From Acidimicrobiales bacterium (GTDB lineage Bacteria > Actinomycetota > Acidimicrobiia > Acidimicrobiales > Aldehydirespiratoraceae): 64,000 bases of DNA. The position numbers and the translations under genes are program-made. Below the pieces are notes generated by a model, which was not told where the DNA came from, made no database searches, and worked only from the letters and a program-made list of their open reading frames with translations. Below, piece after piece: positions 18,448 to 27,000 of the stretch. The DNA lies in contig OZ220709.1 in NCBI GenBank assembly GCA_965116665.1, forward strand, positions 3,051,486 to 3,115,485. The letters are read 5' to 3'. Position 1 is the stretch's first letter; each line of letters starts with the position of its first letter.

Positions 18448-19848
18448 ATGAGAACCGGCAGAGGGAGGGCGCTGGCCGCCGTCCTATTGACGTTCGCATT
18501 GCTGGCAGCCGCATGCGGCGACGACAGCGAACCAGCGACGACGGCACAGCCCGACGACGGCGCCGCCGCCGCCGCCCAAGCCGAGGCTGACGCCGCGCGG
18601 GCCGCCGCGGAGGAGGCGCAGGCCGCCGCGGCCGAAGCCGAGGCACAGCTGGCCGCAGCCGAAGCGGCCGCGGCCGAGGCCAGCGCAGAACAGCAGGCCG
18701 AGGCGCAGGCGGCGCTGGAGGCCGCCCAGGCAGAAGCCGCAGCCGCCCAGGCAGAGGCCGAGGCGGCGGAAGCCCAAGCGGCGTTGGCAGAAGCCGAAGC
18801 CGCCCAGGCAGAGGCCGAGGCGGCGGAAGCCCAAGCGGCGTTGGCAGAAGCCGAAGCGGAGGCCCAAGCGGCACCCGAACCTGAGATGGCGCTGCCCGGC
18901 GAGGGGGTGACCGTCACCATGGCGCGGGGCAACTGGAAGGAGACCAACTTCCAGAACTACGTCGTGCAGCTGCTCCTCGAGGAGCTCGGCTACGACGTCA
19001 CCGACCCCGAGGAGATCGCGCCGGCGACGTTCTACCCGGCCTTGGCCCAGGGCGACTACGACCTGTGGGCGTCGTCGTGGCCGCTCAACCACACTCCCCT
19101 GCTCGATGGCGAGAGCCCCGACGGCGGCACCTTCGGCGACAGGGTCCAGTACATCGGCACGATGATGGCGTCGGGTGCCCTGCAAGGCCTCCTAGTGGAC
19201 ATTCCCAGCGTGGAGCGGTTCGGCTTCACCACTCTCGGGGAGCTGCTCGACAACCCCGACGCGGTCGCCCACTTCGACACCGACGGCGACGGCAAGGCCG
19301 ACCTCAACGGCTGCGACGACGGCTGGGGCTGCCAGAAGGTGATGAACGACACGATCGCCCAGAACGGCTGGGACGATCGCATCGCGCAGGTGTCGGCCAC
19401 CCACTCGGCGCTGTTCGCCGAATCGCAGGCGAGCTTCGAGACGGGCGGCCCCGTCCTTCAGTACGTGTGGACGCCCACCGCCTTCGTGGGCAAGCTCGTG
19501 CCGGGACGAGACGTGCTGTGGCTCGCCATCGAGCCGGACCAGGCCATCGAGGGGCAGGCCGGCGTCTCGGCGGTGGGTGACGCCTGCACCAACGACCCGT
19601 GCACGACCATGTTCACCCCCTCGGACATAGTGGTGACCGCCAACAACGAGTTCCTGGCGGCCAACCCGGCGGCTGCGTCCCTGCTGGCCGACTTCGAGAT
19701 CGACCCGCTAGCGGTCGCCGTGCAGGCAGTGGCCATCGACGCGGGCGCCAACCCCAACGATGACATGGCCGCCGCGGCCGCCGAATGGATCGCGGCCAAC
19801 CGCGACCTGATCGACCCGTGGATCGAGGCTGCGCTCGCCGCTGGCTGA
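18448..19848 (+). CDS. proX: Glycine betaine-type ABC substrate-binding lipoprotein (ProX/OpuAC) with ~110-aa Ala/Glu/Gln linker
   Basis: AAGGAGA RBS. Lipobox LLAAAC-GDD, then an A/E/Q low-complexity stretch, then the binding domain (GVTVTMARGNWKETNFQNYVVQLLLEELGYDV). Confidence 0.85.
   Translation: MRTGRGRALAAVLLTFALLAAACGDDSEPATTAQPDDGAAAAAQAEADAARAAAEEAQAAAAEAEAQLAAAEAAAAEASAEQQAEAQAALEAAQAEAAAAQAEAEAAEAQAALAEAEAAQAEAEAAEAQAALAEAEAEAQAAPEPEMALPGEGVTVTMARGNWKETNFQNYVVQLLLEELGYDVTDPEEIAPATFYPALAQGDYDLWASSWPLNHTPLLDGESPDGGTFGDRVQYIGTMMASGALQGLLVDIPSVERFGFTTLGELLDNPDAVAHFDTDGDGKADLNGCDDGWGCQKVMNDTIAQNGWDDRIAQVSATHSALFAESQASFETGGPVLQYVWTPTAFVGKLVPGRDVLWLAIEPDQAIEGQAGVSAVGDACTNDPCTTMFTPSDIVVTANNEFLAANPAAASLLADFEIDPLAVAVQAVAIDAGANPNDDMAAAAAEWIAANRDLIDPWIEAALAAG
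18741..18854 (+). repeat. 57-bp in-frame tandem duplication inside the proX linker
   Basis: gccgcccaggcagaggccgaggcggcggaagcccaagcggcgttggcagaagccgaa occurs twice back to back and encodes AAQAEAEAAEAQAALAEAE twice. Confidence 0.9.
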
Positions 19849-19884
19849 ATCATCGGCTGATCGGCCGAGGACAAAGACATCTGA

Positions 19885-19920
19885 GATCGTAGGGCGGGGC
19901 ACCAGCCCGGTCCTACGATC
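19885..19920 (+). terminator. Stem-loop downstream of proX (possible terminator or attenuator)
   Basis: GATCGTAGG ... CCTACGATC forms a 9-bp stem 37 nt after the proX stop. There is no T-tract, which is common in high-GC actinobacteria. Confidence 0.35.
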
Positions 19921-19940
19921 ATCGGAGGAGGCGCGCGTCG

Positions 19941-21659
19941 GTGGCCAAGGCGGCGGTTGCCCCATCCCAGGATCGACTGCAGGCCGAGCTTGACCGGCGG
20001 CGGCCTCGCCTGCGTCCCCCGGCGGTGGTGATGCAGCCGGCGATGATGGGCGCGGCCCGCTTGACCCGCTACAGCTTCAGCCGCACGATGCTGCGCCGGG
20101 CGGCCCGAGGCCGGTGGCTCGCCCGGCGAACCCGTTTCGACATCGACAGCCGGGGTCACGGCGAGGCGGTGTACGAGATCGATGCCGGCGGCCACAAGCT
20201 CAGCTTCATCGCCTTCACAACAACCATCGACGAGTCCGAGCACACCGACCGCGTCATAGCCGAACGGTGGGAGGTCGCCGCGGCGCTCGTCGAGGGCGAG
20301 CCCAGCGGCGAGTTCCTCGACGAACTGCGGCGGGAGGTGCCGCTGCAGGAGGCGGGGCGGTTCGATCCCCGAGTCCTGGTGCTCACGCGGGGCAATCGCA
20401 GCGTGCGGTTCTTCGACTACCTCACCGACGTCCTCGCCGCAGGCGCACAGCCCGACCCTCATCTGGTGGCCGACGCCGGCTACATCCTGCGAAGCACGGC
20501 GTTCTACGCCAACGGCAAGTACGGGATGCGGTCCTTCGAGGGATACGGCGACAGCCATCCCCTCCGGGTCCCCTACCGGGCCCAGTTCGTGTGCGCGTGG
20601 CTGTTCCGGGAACTCGGCTACGACCTGGTGGAGCACTGCGCCCGCGCCAGGGGCGGAGACGCTGCGGCTCCCTTCGACGAGCGCTGGCGCCGGTACTTCG
20701 GACTGGGCAACGCCACCGGGCTGGGACTCGTGCCCTTCGCGTTCAAGCACCCGAGGGTGATCCACGCGTGGGTCTCAATCCGGGAGATGGCGCTGGCGGA
20801 CGTGCGGGCGCTGCCGGGCAGCCGCGACCGGATCGCACAACTCGACGCGTGGATCCAGCGGGCTCACGCACATTTCGTCCACGGAACAGACGACGACTGC
20901 CGGCCCTTCCTCAACTCCGTCGACGTGGCCGCGGTGGTTCTGCGAATCCGGGACGCGTTCGAACGCTGCCGCCGTGACCCGCTTCCGTTCGATGCCCTGT
21001 ACCGCTGGTCGGAGAGTCACAGCCCCGAGACCGCCGAACTGGTCGTGTCGCTGCTGCTGGAGCTGCACGACGGCGACGATGAGCTGATAGACGACCTGCT
21101 CACCGTCGACGAGCACAACCCGCTCGATCCCGCGGTGACCGTGGGGGACATGCGGACCATCCTGGCGTCGAGGTTCGAGTGGCTCGGCCACCTCGACCTC
21201 GACAACGAGGGGGCAGACGCATGGTGGTGGGTCATCAGCGACAACACCGAGGAGCCGCGCCGCGCCCTGCGGGACCGGCTCGAACCAGCCTGCCGCGATG
21301 TCGCCATCGACGTGGCGCTCCGCCTGTGGAGGCTGCGTGGCGCGATCGACGGCTACGACGACGCCACGCCGATCCATCGCGTCCTCAGCGAGCATCCCCA
21401 ACACCGCCTGGCGGCCGAGCGCCTAAGTGTCAGCGACTGTGCCTACGCCGAACCGCGCGACAATGCCTGCTCTGCGCACTACTTGCCGCTGCTGCTGCAA
21501 CGGTTCCAGCTAGCCATGTACGGCATGGACAACTTCAAGCCCAAGTCCACCGACTGGCTGAGGGTCACCCTGTTCCAGGGCGCGCCCCGCCTGGGAGACC
21601 TCGGGGTCGACACAGGCGATGACTGGGTGCTGCCAGCCCGCCCCGGGAGTTCCCAATGA
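19941..21659 (+). CDS. Conserved-looking hypothetical protein, 572 aa, no family recognised
   Basis: GTG at 19941 lies 9 nt after GGAGGAGG. The composition is a normal globular one, not the R/G/P-rich pattern of the spurious ORFs. The stop overlaps the next gene's ATG (ATGA at 21656-21659). Confidence 0.7.
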   Translation: MAKAAVAPSQDRLQAELDRRRPRLRPPAVVMQPAMMGAARLTRYSFSRTMLRRAARGRWLARRTRFDIDSRGHGEAVYEIDAGGHKLSFIAFTTTIDESEHTDRVIAERWEVAAALVEGEPSGEFLDELRREVPLQEAGRFDPRVLVLTRGNRSVRFFDYLTDVLAAGAQPDPHLVADAGYILRSTAFYANGKYGMRSFEGYGDSHPLRVPYRAQFVCAWLFRELGYDLVEHCARARGGDAAAPFDERWRRYFGLGNATGLGLVPFAFKHPRVIHAWVSIREMALADVRALPGSRDRIAQLDAWIQRAHAHFVHGTDDDCRPFLNSVDVAAVVLRIRDAFERCRRDPLPFDALYRWSESHSPETAELVVSLLLELHDGDDELIDDLLTVDEHNPLDPAVTVGDMRTILASRFEWLGHLDLDNEGADAWWWVISDNTEEPRRALRDRLEPACRDVAIDVALRLWRLRGAIDGYDDATPIHRVLSEHPQHRLAAERLSVSDCAYAEPRDNACSAHYLPLLLQRFQLAMYGMDNFKPKSTDWLRVTLFQGAPRLGDLGVDTGDDWVLPARPGSSQ

Positions 21660-22606
21660 TCATCGACGGTCTCCAGATCAACAGCTGGTCCCGCGCCGTC
21701 ATCGACGAGGTCAGATCGGGCGGGGTGGACATCGTCCACGCCACCGTGGGCGCGTGGGAGGACCTCGCCGGCGCCATGACCCGCATCGGTGCGTTCCGCC
21801 ATCTGTGCCGGCACAACGCTGATGCGATCCGGGTGGTCACCAACGTTGAGGAGATGCATCGTGCCGTCGCCGACAACGTTCTGGGCGCAGTGCTCGGTTT
21901 CCAGAACAGCACGATGCTCGGCGACGACCCCGAGATGGCCCAGATCTTCGCCGACGTGGGCGTGCGGGTAGTGCAGCTCACCTACAACATCGCCAACCAC
22001 ATGGGAGCCAGCTGCTGGGAGCCCAACGACGGCGGGCTCACCCGCGCCGGGCACAGAATGGTGGCCGCCCTGAACGATGCGGGAGTACTGATCGATCTCT
22101 CCCATGTCGGCAACTCCACGAGCCTCGATGCGGTGCACGCATCGTCAAAGCCCACGGCGATAACCCACGGCAACCCCCTGTGGTTCTGCGACTCGCCCCG
22201 CAACAAGCCCGACGAGGTGCTCAAGGCGGTCGCGAGCCGCGGCGGGGTGATCGGCTGCACCCTCTACCCGCTGTTCATGGGTGGCGCTGAAGTGAGCCGG
22301 AAGGACTACTGCACCATGATCGCCCGGCTCGCTGACCAGGTCGGCGTCGAGCATGTGGCCGTCGGCACCGACGCGGTGCTCGGGTGGGAGCCGGGTGCAC
22401 TGAGCTGGATGCGCGGCGGCCGCTGGGATCGCCCCGGGGAGTCCGGCAAGGAGCCGGTCTTCCCGGCGTGGCCCCCGTGGTTCCGCGGACCCAGGGACTT
22501 CGGCTCGCTCACCGAAGGCCTCGACGGCGCCGGGTTCTCACCCTCCGAGCGCGACTCCATCCTCGGCGGCAACTGGCTGCGCCTCTTCGGAATGGTGTTT
22601 GGGTGA
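21656..22606 (+). CDS. Membrane (renal) dipeptidase family protein, peptidase M19 / amidohydrolase fold
   Basis: 316 aa with IIDGLQIN, VVQLTYNIANHMG, VLIDLSHVGNST, GGVIGCTLYP and HVAVGTDAV. Confidence 0.85.
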   Translation: MIIDGLQINSWSRAVIDEVRSGGVDIVHATVGAWEDLAGAMTRIGAFRHLCRHNADAIRVVTNVEEMHRAVADNVLGAVLGFQNSTMLGDDPEMAQIFADVGVRVVQLTYNIANHMGASCWEPNDGGLTRAGHRMVAALNDAGVLIDLSHVGNSTSLDAVHASSKPTAITHGNPLWFCDSPRNKPDEVLKAVASRGGVIGCTLYPLFMGGAEVSRKDYCTMIARLADQVGVEHVAVGTDAVLGWEPGALSWMRGGRWDRPGESGKEPVFPAWPPWFRGPRDFGSLTEGLDGAGFSPSERDSILGGNWLRLFGMVFG

Positions 22607-22716
22607 CGGATCGCGGAGCCTGCGGCTGACATGGGCGCGACACGCTGGCCTCCGGCAACGAGCCCCTTCTCGGACTCGAGACGGATCGCGGAGCCCGCGG
22701 CTGACATGGGCGCGAC
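22605..22716 (+). repeat. Duplicated 37-bp translation-initiation segment, 75-bp period
   Basis: gacggatcgcggagcc[t/c]gcggctgacATGggcgcgac occurs at 22605-22641 and 22680-22716. The two ATGs (22631 and 22706) are in frame. Confidence 0.9.
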
Positions 22717-23266
22717 CCTCAGGGTGGCGCCGAGGGAGATCCACGATCTCGTCTACCGGGCCAGCCGCGTTGCCGGATGCGATCCGGGCACCGCCGAACG
22801 GATCGCCGAGAACGTCACGTTCGCGGAGATCCATCACGGTGACGCAGTGCGCGCCTTCTGCAAGGCCATCGGGGCGCTCGATCTCCCCGCGTCGGCGTGG
22901 GTTGCCGCGCCCGACGCGCTGCTGGAAGCCGAGATCGCGGCGCGCGCCGGCGGAAGCACGTCAGCCGCCTTCGGCACCGGCGTGCCCCTGGCGGCGATCG
23001 CGGCCACCCTTCGACAATCCCTCGAACGCGGCGTGGCCTTCGAGTTGGGGATCGACGGCCGGGCCCGAGGCGACACGACGGTCCGGGCCGTCGAAGTGCG
23101 CGCGGCCAGCTGCGAGGCTGAAACCGCGAGCCGGACGCGGACCGCCGGTGCCCGCAGCGACGCCCACAGGATCGGCTTGGAAGTCGATCAGCTCTGGTTC
23201 AGCAGGCTTGAAGCGGCCGCCGCCGGGTTCCTGGTTGCGGAGCCCACGCTCGACGAGATCGCCTAG
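22706..23266 (+). CDS. Hypothetical protein, 186 aa (211 aa if ATG 22631 is used)
   Basis: Protein-like composition (MGATLRVAPREIHDLVYRASRVAGCDPGTAERIAENVTFAEIHHG...). No family recognised. Confidence 0.6.
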   Translation: MGATLRVAPREIHDLVYRASRVAGCDPGTAERIAENVTFAEIHHGDAVRAFCKAIGALDLPASAWVAAPDALLEAEIAARAGGSTSAAFGTGVPLAAIAATLRQSLERGVAFELGIDGRARGDTTVRAVEVRAASCEAETASRTRTAGARSDAHRIGLEVDQLWFSRLEAAAAGFLVAEPTLDEIA

Positions 23267-23318
23267 CGCTCGCCGCGCCCTGACCACCGGCCCGGACGCC
23301 CCGGCGGGTCGTCCGGCC

Positions 23319-24677
23319 TCAGTGGTAGGGCAGGTACTCCTTAAGCTCCCATTCCGTGAGGGGCTCTGTGCCGGTGATGGCGTCCCAGTCGGCGACGGCG
23401 TCGTCGCCGGCCCCCTCCGTGTAGCGGTCCCACTCGGCCCGCTTGTTGAACACGAAGTTGGCGCACAACTCGGCACCGACGGCTTCGCACAGGGTCTCGT
23501 CGGCTTCCATGTCGTCGAGGGCGGCGCTGAGGCTGTGGGCGCAGTGGATGTCGGTATTGACCTCGTCGAAGCCATCGCTGGTCATGGGTTCGGGACACTC
23601 CAGCCCACCGACGACCCCGAGACGGGCCGCCTGCAGCACGGTCGCCACCAGGGTGTGGATGTTGGCGGCACCGTCGCCGATGCGGCTCTCGATGCGCATG
23701 TGCGAGCCCGCGCCCCGGGGCACCCGGTTGCCGGCGCAGCGGTGCTCGACACCCCAGTTGGCCCAGTACCCGTTGAGGTCGCCGTGGCGCAGGCGCCGGT
23801 AGGCGTTCACGGTGGGCGCGGCCAGCGCGGTCATGCCCAGGTGGTGATGGATGAGGCCCGCCATGCAACCCCGGGCCAGAGCCGACATGCCGTGGACGCC
23901 CTCGGAATCCGACATGGCGTTGTTGCCCTCGGCATCAGCCAGCGAGAAGTTCACGTGGATACCGGTGCCTGAGACGCCCGGGAACGGCTTGCCCAGGAAG
24001 GTCAGGTCGAGGCCCAGGGGCCGGCCCGAGGCATCGGTGGCGGTCAACACCGTCTCGCGAGCGAGCAGCCGGAACAGGAAGGCGTTGTCGGCGGCCCACA
24101 TGGCGTCGCCGTACTCGAGGGTGAGCTCGAACTGGCCCTCGTCGTACTCGGCGTTGACCGATTCCATGGCGATCCCGCAGGCCTCCGCCCGGCGCACCAG
24201 CTCGGTGATCACGCCGGTGGGATCGGATCCGACCCCGGTCCCGTAGACCATGGAGCGAGGCGTCTCGTAGGGCCGGGGGCTCTCCAGGCCGCCGCTGAAC
24301 ACGTACGCCTCGAACTCGATGCCGACCTTGGGTGTGTAGCCGAGGGCCTCCCAGTCGGCTACAGCCCGGCGCAGCGCGTCGCGGGGCGACACCGGCAAGG
24401 TCTCGCCGTGCATTGACAGGTCACCGATCACCACGCCGGTGGCGTCGTCGTCCCAGCCCTGGCGGAAGTCGGCGGTGTCGAAGGTGATCTGGGTGTCGGG
24501 CAGGCCCTCGAGCAGGTAGGCGCCCGGCGCGGGCACCATGCTGCGGTCATAGCCCAGCGCGAACACGCACACGCAGTGGCTGGTGCCCCTGTGGGCCAGC
24601 CGGTACGGCAGGTATTTGCCCCGGGCCAGCCCGAGGTGGTCGGGCCAGAGCACCCGGATGCGGTCCCAGTCGGTCAT
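23319..24677 (-). CDS. Glutamine synthetase family protein (PuuA-like gamma-glutamyl-amine ligase)
   Basis: 452 aa with the GS catalytic domain pattern (VNAEYDEGQFELT, GTGIHVNFS, NAYRRL, NRVPRGAGSHMRIESR). Confidence 0.85.
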   Translation of the reverse strand: MTDWDRIRVLWPDHLGLARGKYLPYRLAHRGTSHCVCVFALGYDRSMVPAPGAYLLEGLPDTQITFDTADFRQGWDDDATGVVIGDLSMHGETLPVSPRDALRRAVADWEALGYTPKVGIEFEAYVFSGGLESPRPYETPRSMVYGTGVGSDPTGVITELVRRAEACGIAMESVNAEYDEGQFELTLEYGDAMWAADNAFLFRLLARETVLTATDASGRPLGLDLTFLGKPFPGVSGTGIHVNFSLADAEGNNAMSDSEGVHGMSALARGCMAGLIHHHLGMTALAAPTVNAYRRLRHGDLNGYWANWGVEHRCAGNRVPRGAGSHMRIESRIGDGAANIHTLVATVLQAARLGVVGGLECPEPMTSDGFDEVNTDIHCAHSLSAALDDMEADETLCEAVGAELCANFVFNKRAEWDRYTEGAGDDAVADWDAITGTEPLTEWELKEYLPYH

Positions 24678-24740
24678 GGAAGCTCCCCTGTTCGCCGTTC
24701 AGAGAACGTTCGGCCCCAAACAATAGTCCACGTCTCGCTG

Positions 24741-24850
24741 GCGGTCACCTGTTCCCGCTCTTGTTCGCTGCGCTCACGGGCCGCTCGGGCCACGGCCTCG
24801 CTCGGTGCCTCACGAGTTATCCGCACGTCACGGCTATCCGCTCGGCCTCA
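24741..24850. repeat. Solo inverted copy of the 139-bp repeat family
   Basis: Positions 24752-24797 are the exact reverse complement of the 46-nt core ggccgtggcccgagcggcccgtgagcgcagcgaacaagagcgggaa. The terminal ctatccgctcggcctca matches the copy-1 end and overlaps the stop codon of the acyl-CoA dehydrogenase gene. Confidence 0.85.
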
Positions 24851-26068
24851 GGCCGGCGCTTCGTCGTGTTCGGGGTAGAGACCGGTGCGGCCCAGCCGGT
24901 CCAGGCAGACTTCCACGCTCCAGGGCAGCATGGCGGCCCCGCAGCGGGCGTCGCGGTAGGCCTGCTCCAGGTAGGAGGGCCGCAGCATGCTGCGGCCCCC
25001 GCACACCTGCAGCGCCACCGACGCCATCGCCGGGGCGCCCTCCATGACGGTGACCACCGAGGACCAGGCCCGCCGCACCTGCTCGCTGCCGGGATCGATC
25101 CCGCATTCGGCCAGCACCCGGTAGGTGAGCGACTGGGCCCGGTCGTAGGCCAGGTTCATCTGGGCCCAGCCCTGCTGCTTGATGGGGTGGTCCCGCCGGG
25201 CCGGGGCCCCGCCGCCGTCGCCCCGCAGGTAGGCGCCGGTGGCGTCCAGGATCCCCCGCATGAGCCCCAGGTAGGCGAACGACAGCGTCATGTAGAAGTA
25301 GGGCCATCGAGTTGCGGCCTGGTCGAACGCTCCGGGCGGGAGCCACTCGTTGTGGGCGGGCACCTCCGCTTCGTCAAGCACGAGGGTGCGGGAGTCCGTG
25401 CCCCGCATCCCGAGGGGGTCCCAGTCTCCTTCGATGGTCGCCCCGTCGGCCTCGGCGGGAACGCCCATGAAGCGGATCCGGTCGTCGCCGGGCACCAGGC
25501 AGACCACGTTGTGGATGTGGGCTGCGCCCGAAAGGGAGGCGAAGATCTTGCGCCCCGTCACCCGGTAGCCGCCGCCCCCGTCGACGGGCACCGCCCGGGT
25601 GGAGTAGCCCGCGGTGGCGCCCGCGGCCGCGCCCTCCGAGAAGGGCTGGCTGTGGATCGTGCCGTCCTCGGTGATGCCGCGCCGCAGCTCGGCCCGTCGC
25701 TCGACCAGCAGCGACCGCTCAGCGGCCGTCAGGTCCAGATCGTCGCCGATCTGGCCCACCAGGATGGTGGTGGCGGTGTGCATGTTGAACGTGAGCGCGG
25801 TGGTGGCGCAGTGGCGGCCCAGCTCCTCAGCCACCAGCGCATACCCCACGAAGTCCCCGCCGAGCCCGCCGTCGGCCACCGGGATGCACAGGCCGAGAAG
25901 CCCGGTGTCTCGCAGGTCGGCCCAGTTCTGGGTGGGGAACGTGGCGTCGCGGTCGTGGGCCTGCGACCGCTCGGCGAAGCGCGGCCCCAGGGCCGCCATC
26001 CGCTCCACGAGCTCGGCCCGCTCCGGCGTGAGGATGTCTGTCGCTACTCCCACGAGCGGACCATTCAA
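24848..26068 (-). CDS. Acyl-CoA dehydrogenase family protein
   Basis: 406 aa with ACAD three-domain organisation (GYRVTGRKIFASLSG, DPLGMRGTDSRTLVLD). TTG start is uncertain; GTG 26053 is an alternative. Confidence 0.8.
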   Translation of the reverse strand: MNGPLVGVATDILTPERAELVERMAALGPRFAERSQAHDRDATFPTQNWADLRDTGLLGLCIPVADGGLGGDFVGYALVAEELGRHCATTALTFNMHTATTILVGQIGDDLDLTAAERSLLVERRAELRRGITEDGTIHSQPFSEGAAAGATAGYSTRAVPVDGGGGYRVTGRKIFASLSGAAHIHNVVCLVPGDDRIRFMGVPAEADGATIEGDWDPLGMRGTDSRTLVLDEAEVPAHNEWLPPGAFDQAATRWPYFYMTLSFAYLGLMRGILDATGAYLRGDGGGAPARRDHPIKQQGWAQMNLAYDRAQSLTYRVLAECGIDPGSEQVRRAWSSVVTVMEGAPAMASVALQVCGGRSMLRPSYLEQAYRDARCGAAMLPWSVEVCLDRLGRTGLYPEHDEAPA

Positions 26069-26112
26069 GTCGCTACACGTGTCGATTGCGCCATGATGCG
26101 GCCCGAATCAGC

Positions 26113-27000
26113 CTATATCGCCCACCTGGGGCCGGAAGGTCCCAGCCCACGACCACGGCTGAGGAAGTCTCGCACCAGGCGGTTGAAGGTCTTCGGAACC
26201 TCCGAGACGGCCAGATGTCCTACACCGTCCAGCACGATCAGCTCGGCGTTCTGAAGCCCGTCGGCGAGGATGCCGGAGTAGGCGACCGGCGTCTCGGTGT
26301 CGAGCCCTCCCGCCACCACAAGCGCGGGCGAGGCGATCGCGCCCAGCCGCTCGCGGACATCGTGGGCGGGCAGGCACTCGACAGCCGCTCGCAGCCCGGC
26401 GGCCTGAATGCGCGCAAAGCCCGCCACCCGCATGGCGAGGGCATCGTCGCTGAGAGTGGGGCCCGCAATAGAGGTCAGGACATCTTCCGCGATTTCGGCG
26501 GGAGTGAGCCCCGCGTCGAGCGGGGCGAGTCGGGCGGCGCGCCAAGCGGCGGGGTCGGTGCCGTCGAGTCCGAAAGCCGGGCTGGTGTTGGCCAGCACGA
26601 GACGGCCGACTCGTTCGGGGTGATGCAGCGCGGTATGCAGGGCATGCATCCCGCCGAAGGACTCGCCCACGAGATGGGCACGGCCGACCCCGGCGTCATC
26701 GAGCAGCCGGGCCACCGAGTCGGCGATGGCAGTGAAGGTCAGGGGCACGAGCGGGACCGAAACGCCGTAGCCCGGCATGTCCCATGCAATGCAGCGGAAC
26801 GCATCGCTTAGCCGGGCCAGCTGAGGCTCCCATGATGTGCGGGAGCCTCCCAGCCCGTGCAGGAACACCACCGGCTCCCCATCGCCCGTCTCGCGCCAGG
26901 CCAGCGGCCCATCCACTTCGACGGCACCTGCGGTTGTTGCGGGGACCGGCGGCGCAGGCACGGCCGGAACATACACTCTTGGCCGTGGCGAGAGCACCAT
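26113..27000 (-). CDS. Alpha/beta hydrolase
   Basis: HGLGGS oxyanion motif, GESFGG nucleophile elbow and a C-terminal GVGHLA histidine region. The start is uncertain because it abuts the divergent gene. Confidence 0.8.
   Translation of the reverse strand: MVLSPRPRVYVPAVPAPPVPATTAGAVEVDGPLAWRETGDGEPVVFLHGLGGSRTSWEPQLARLSDAFRCIAWDMPGYGVSVPLVPLTFTAIADSVARLLDDAGVGRAHLVGESFGGMHALHTALHHPERVGRLVLANTSPAFGLDGTDPAAWRAARLAPLDAGLTPAEIAEDVLTSIAGPTLSDDALAMRVAGFARIQAAGLRAAVECLPAHDVRERLGAIASPALVVAGGLDTETPVAYSGILADGLQNAELIVLDGVGHLAVSEVPKTFNRLVRDFLSRGRGLGPSGPRWAI

Noticed and set aside
19458-20765. 435-aa minus-strand ORF spanning the proX 3' end and the 572-aa gene
   Set aside because: It overlaps two better-supported plus-strand genes and the intergenic hairpin, and its composition is low-complexity.
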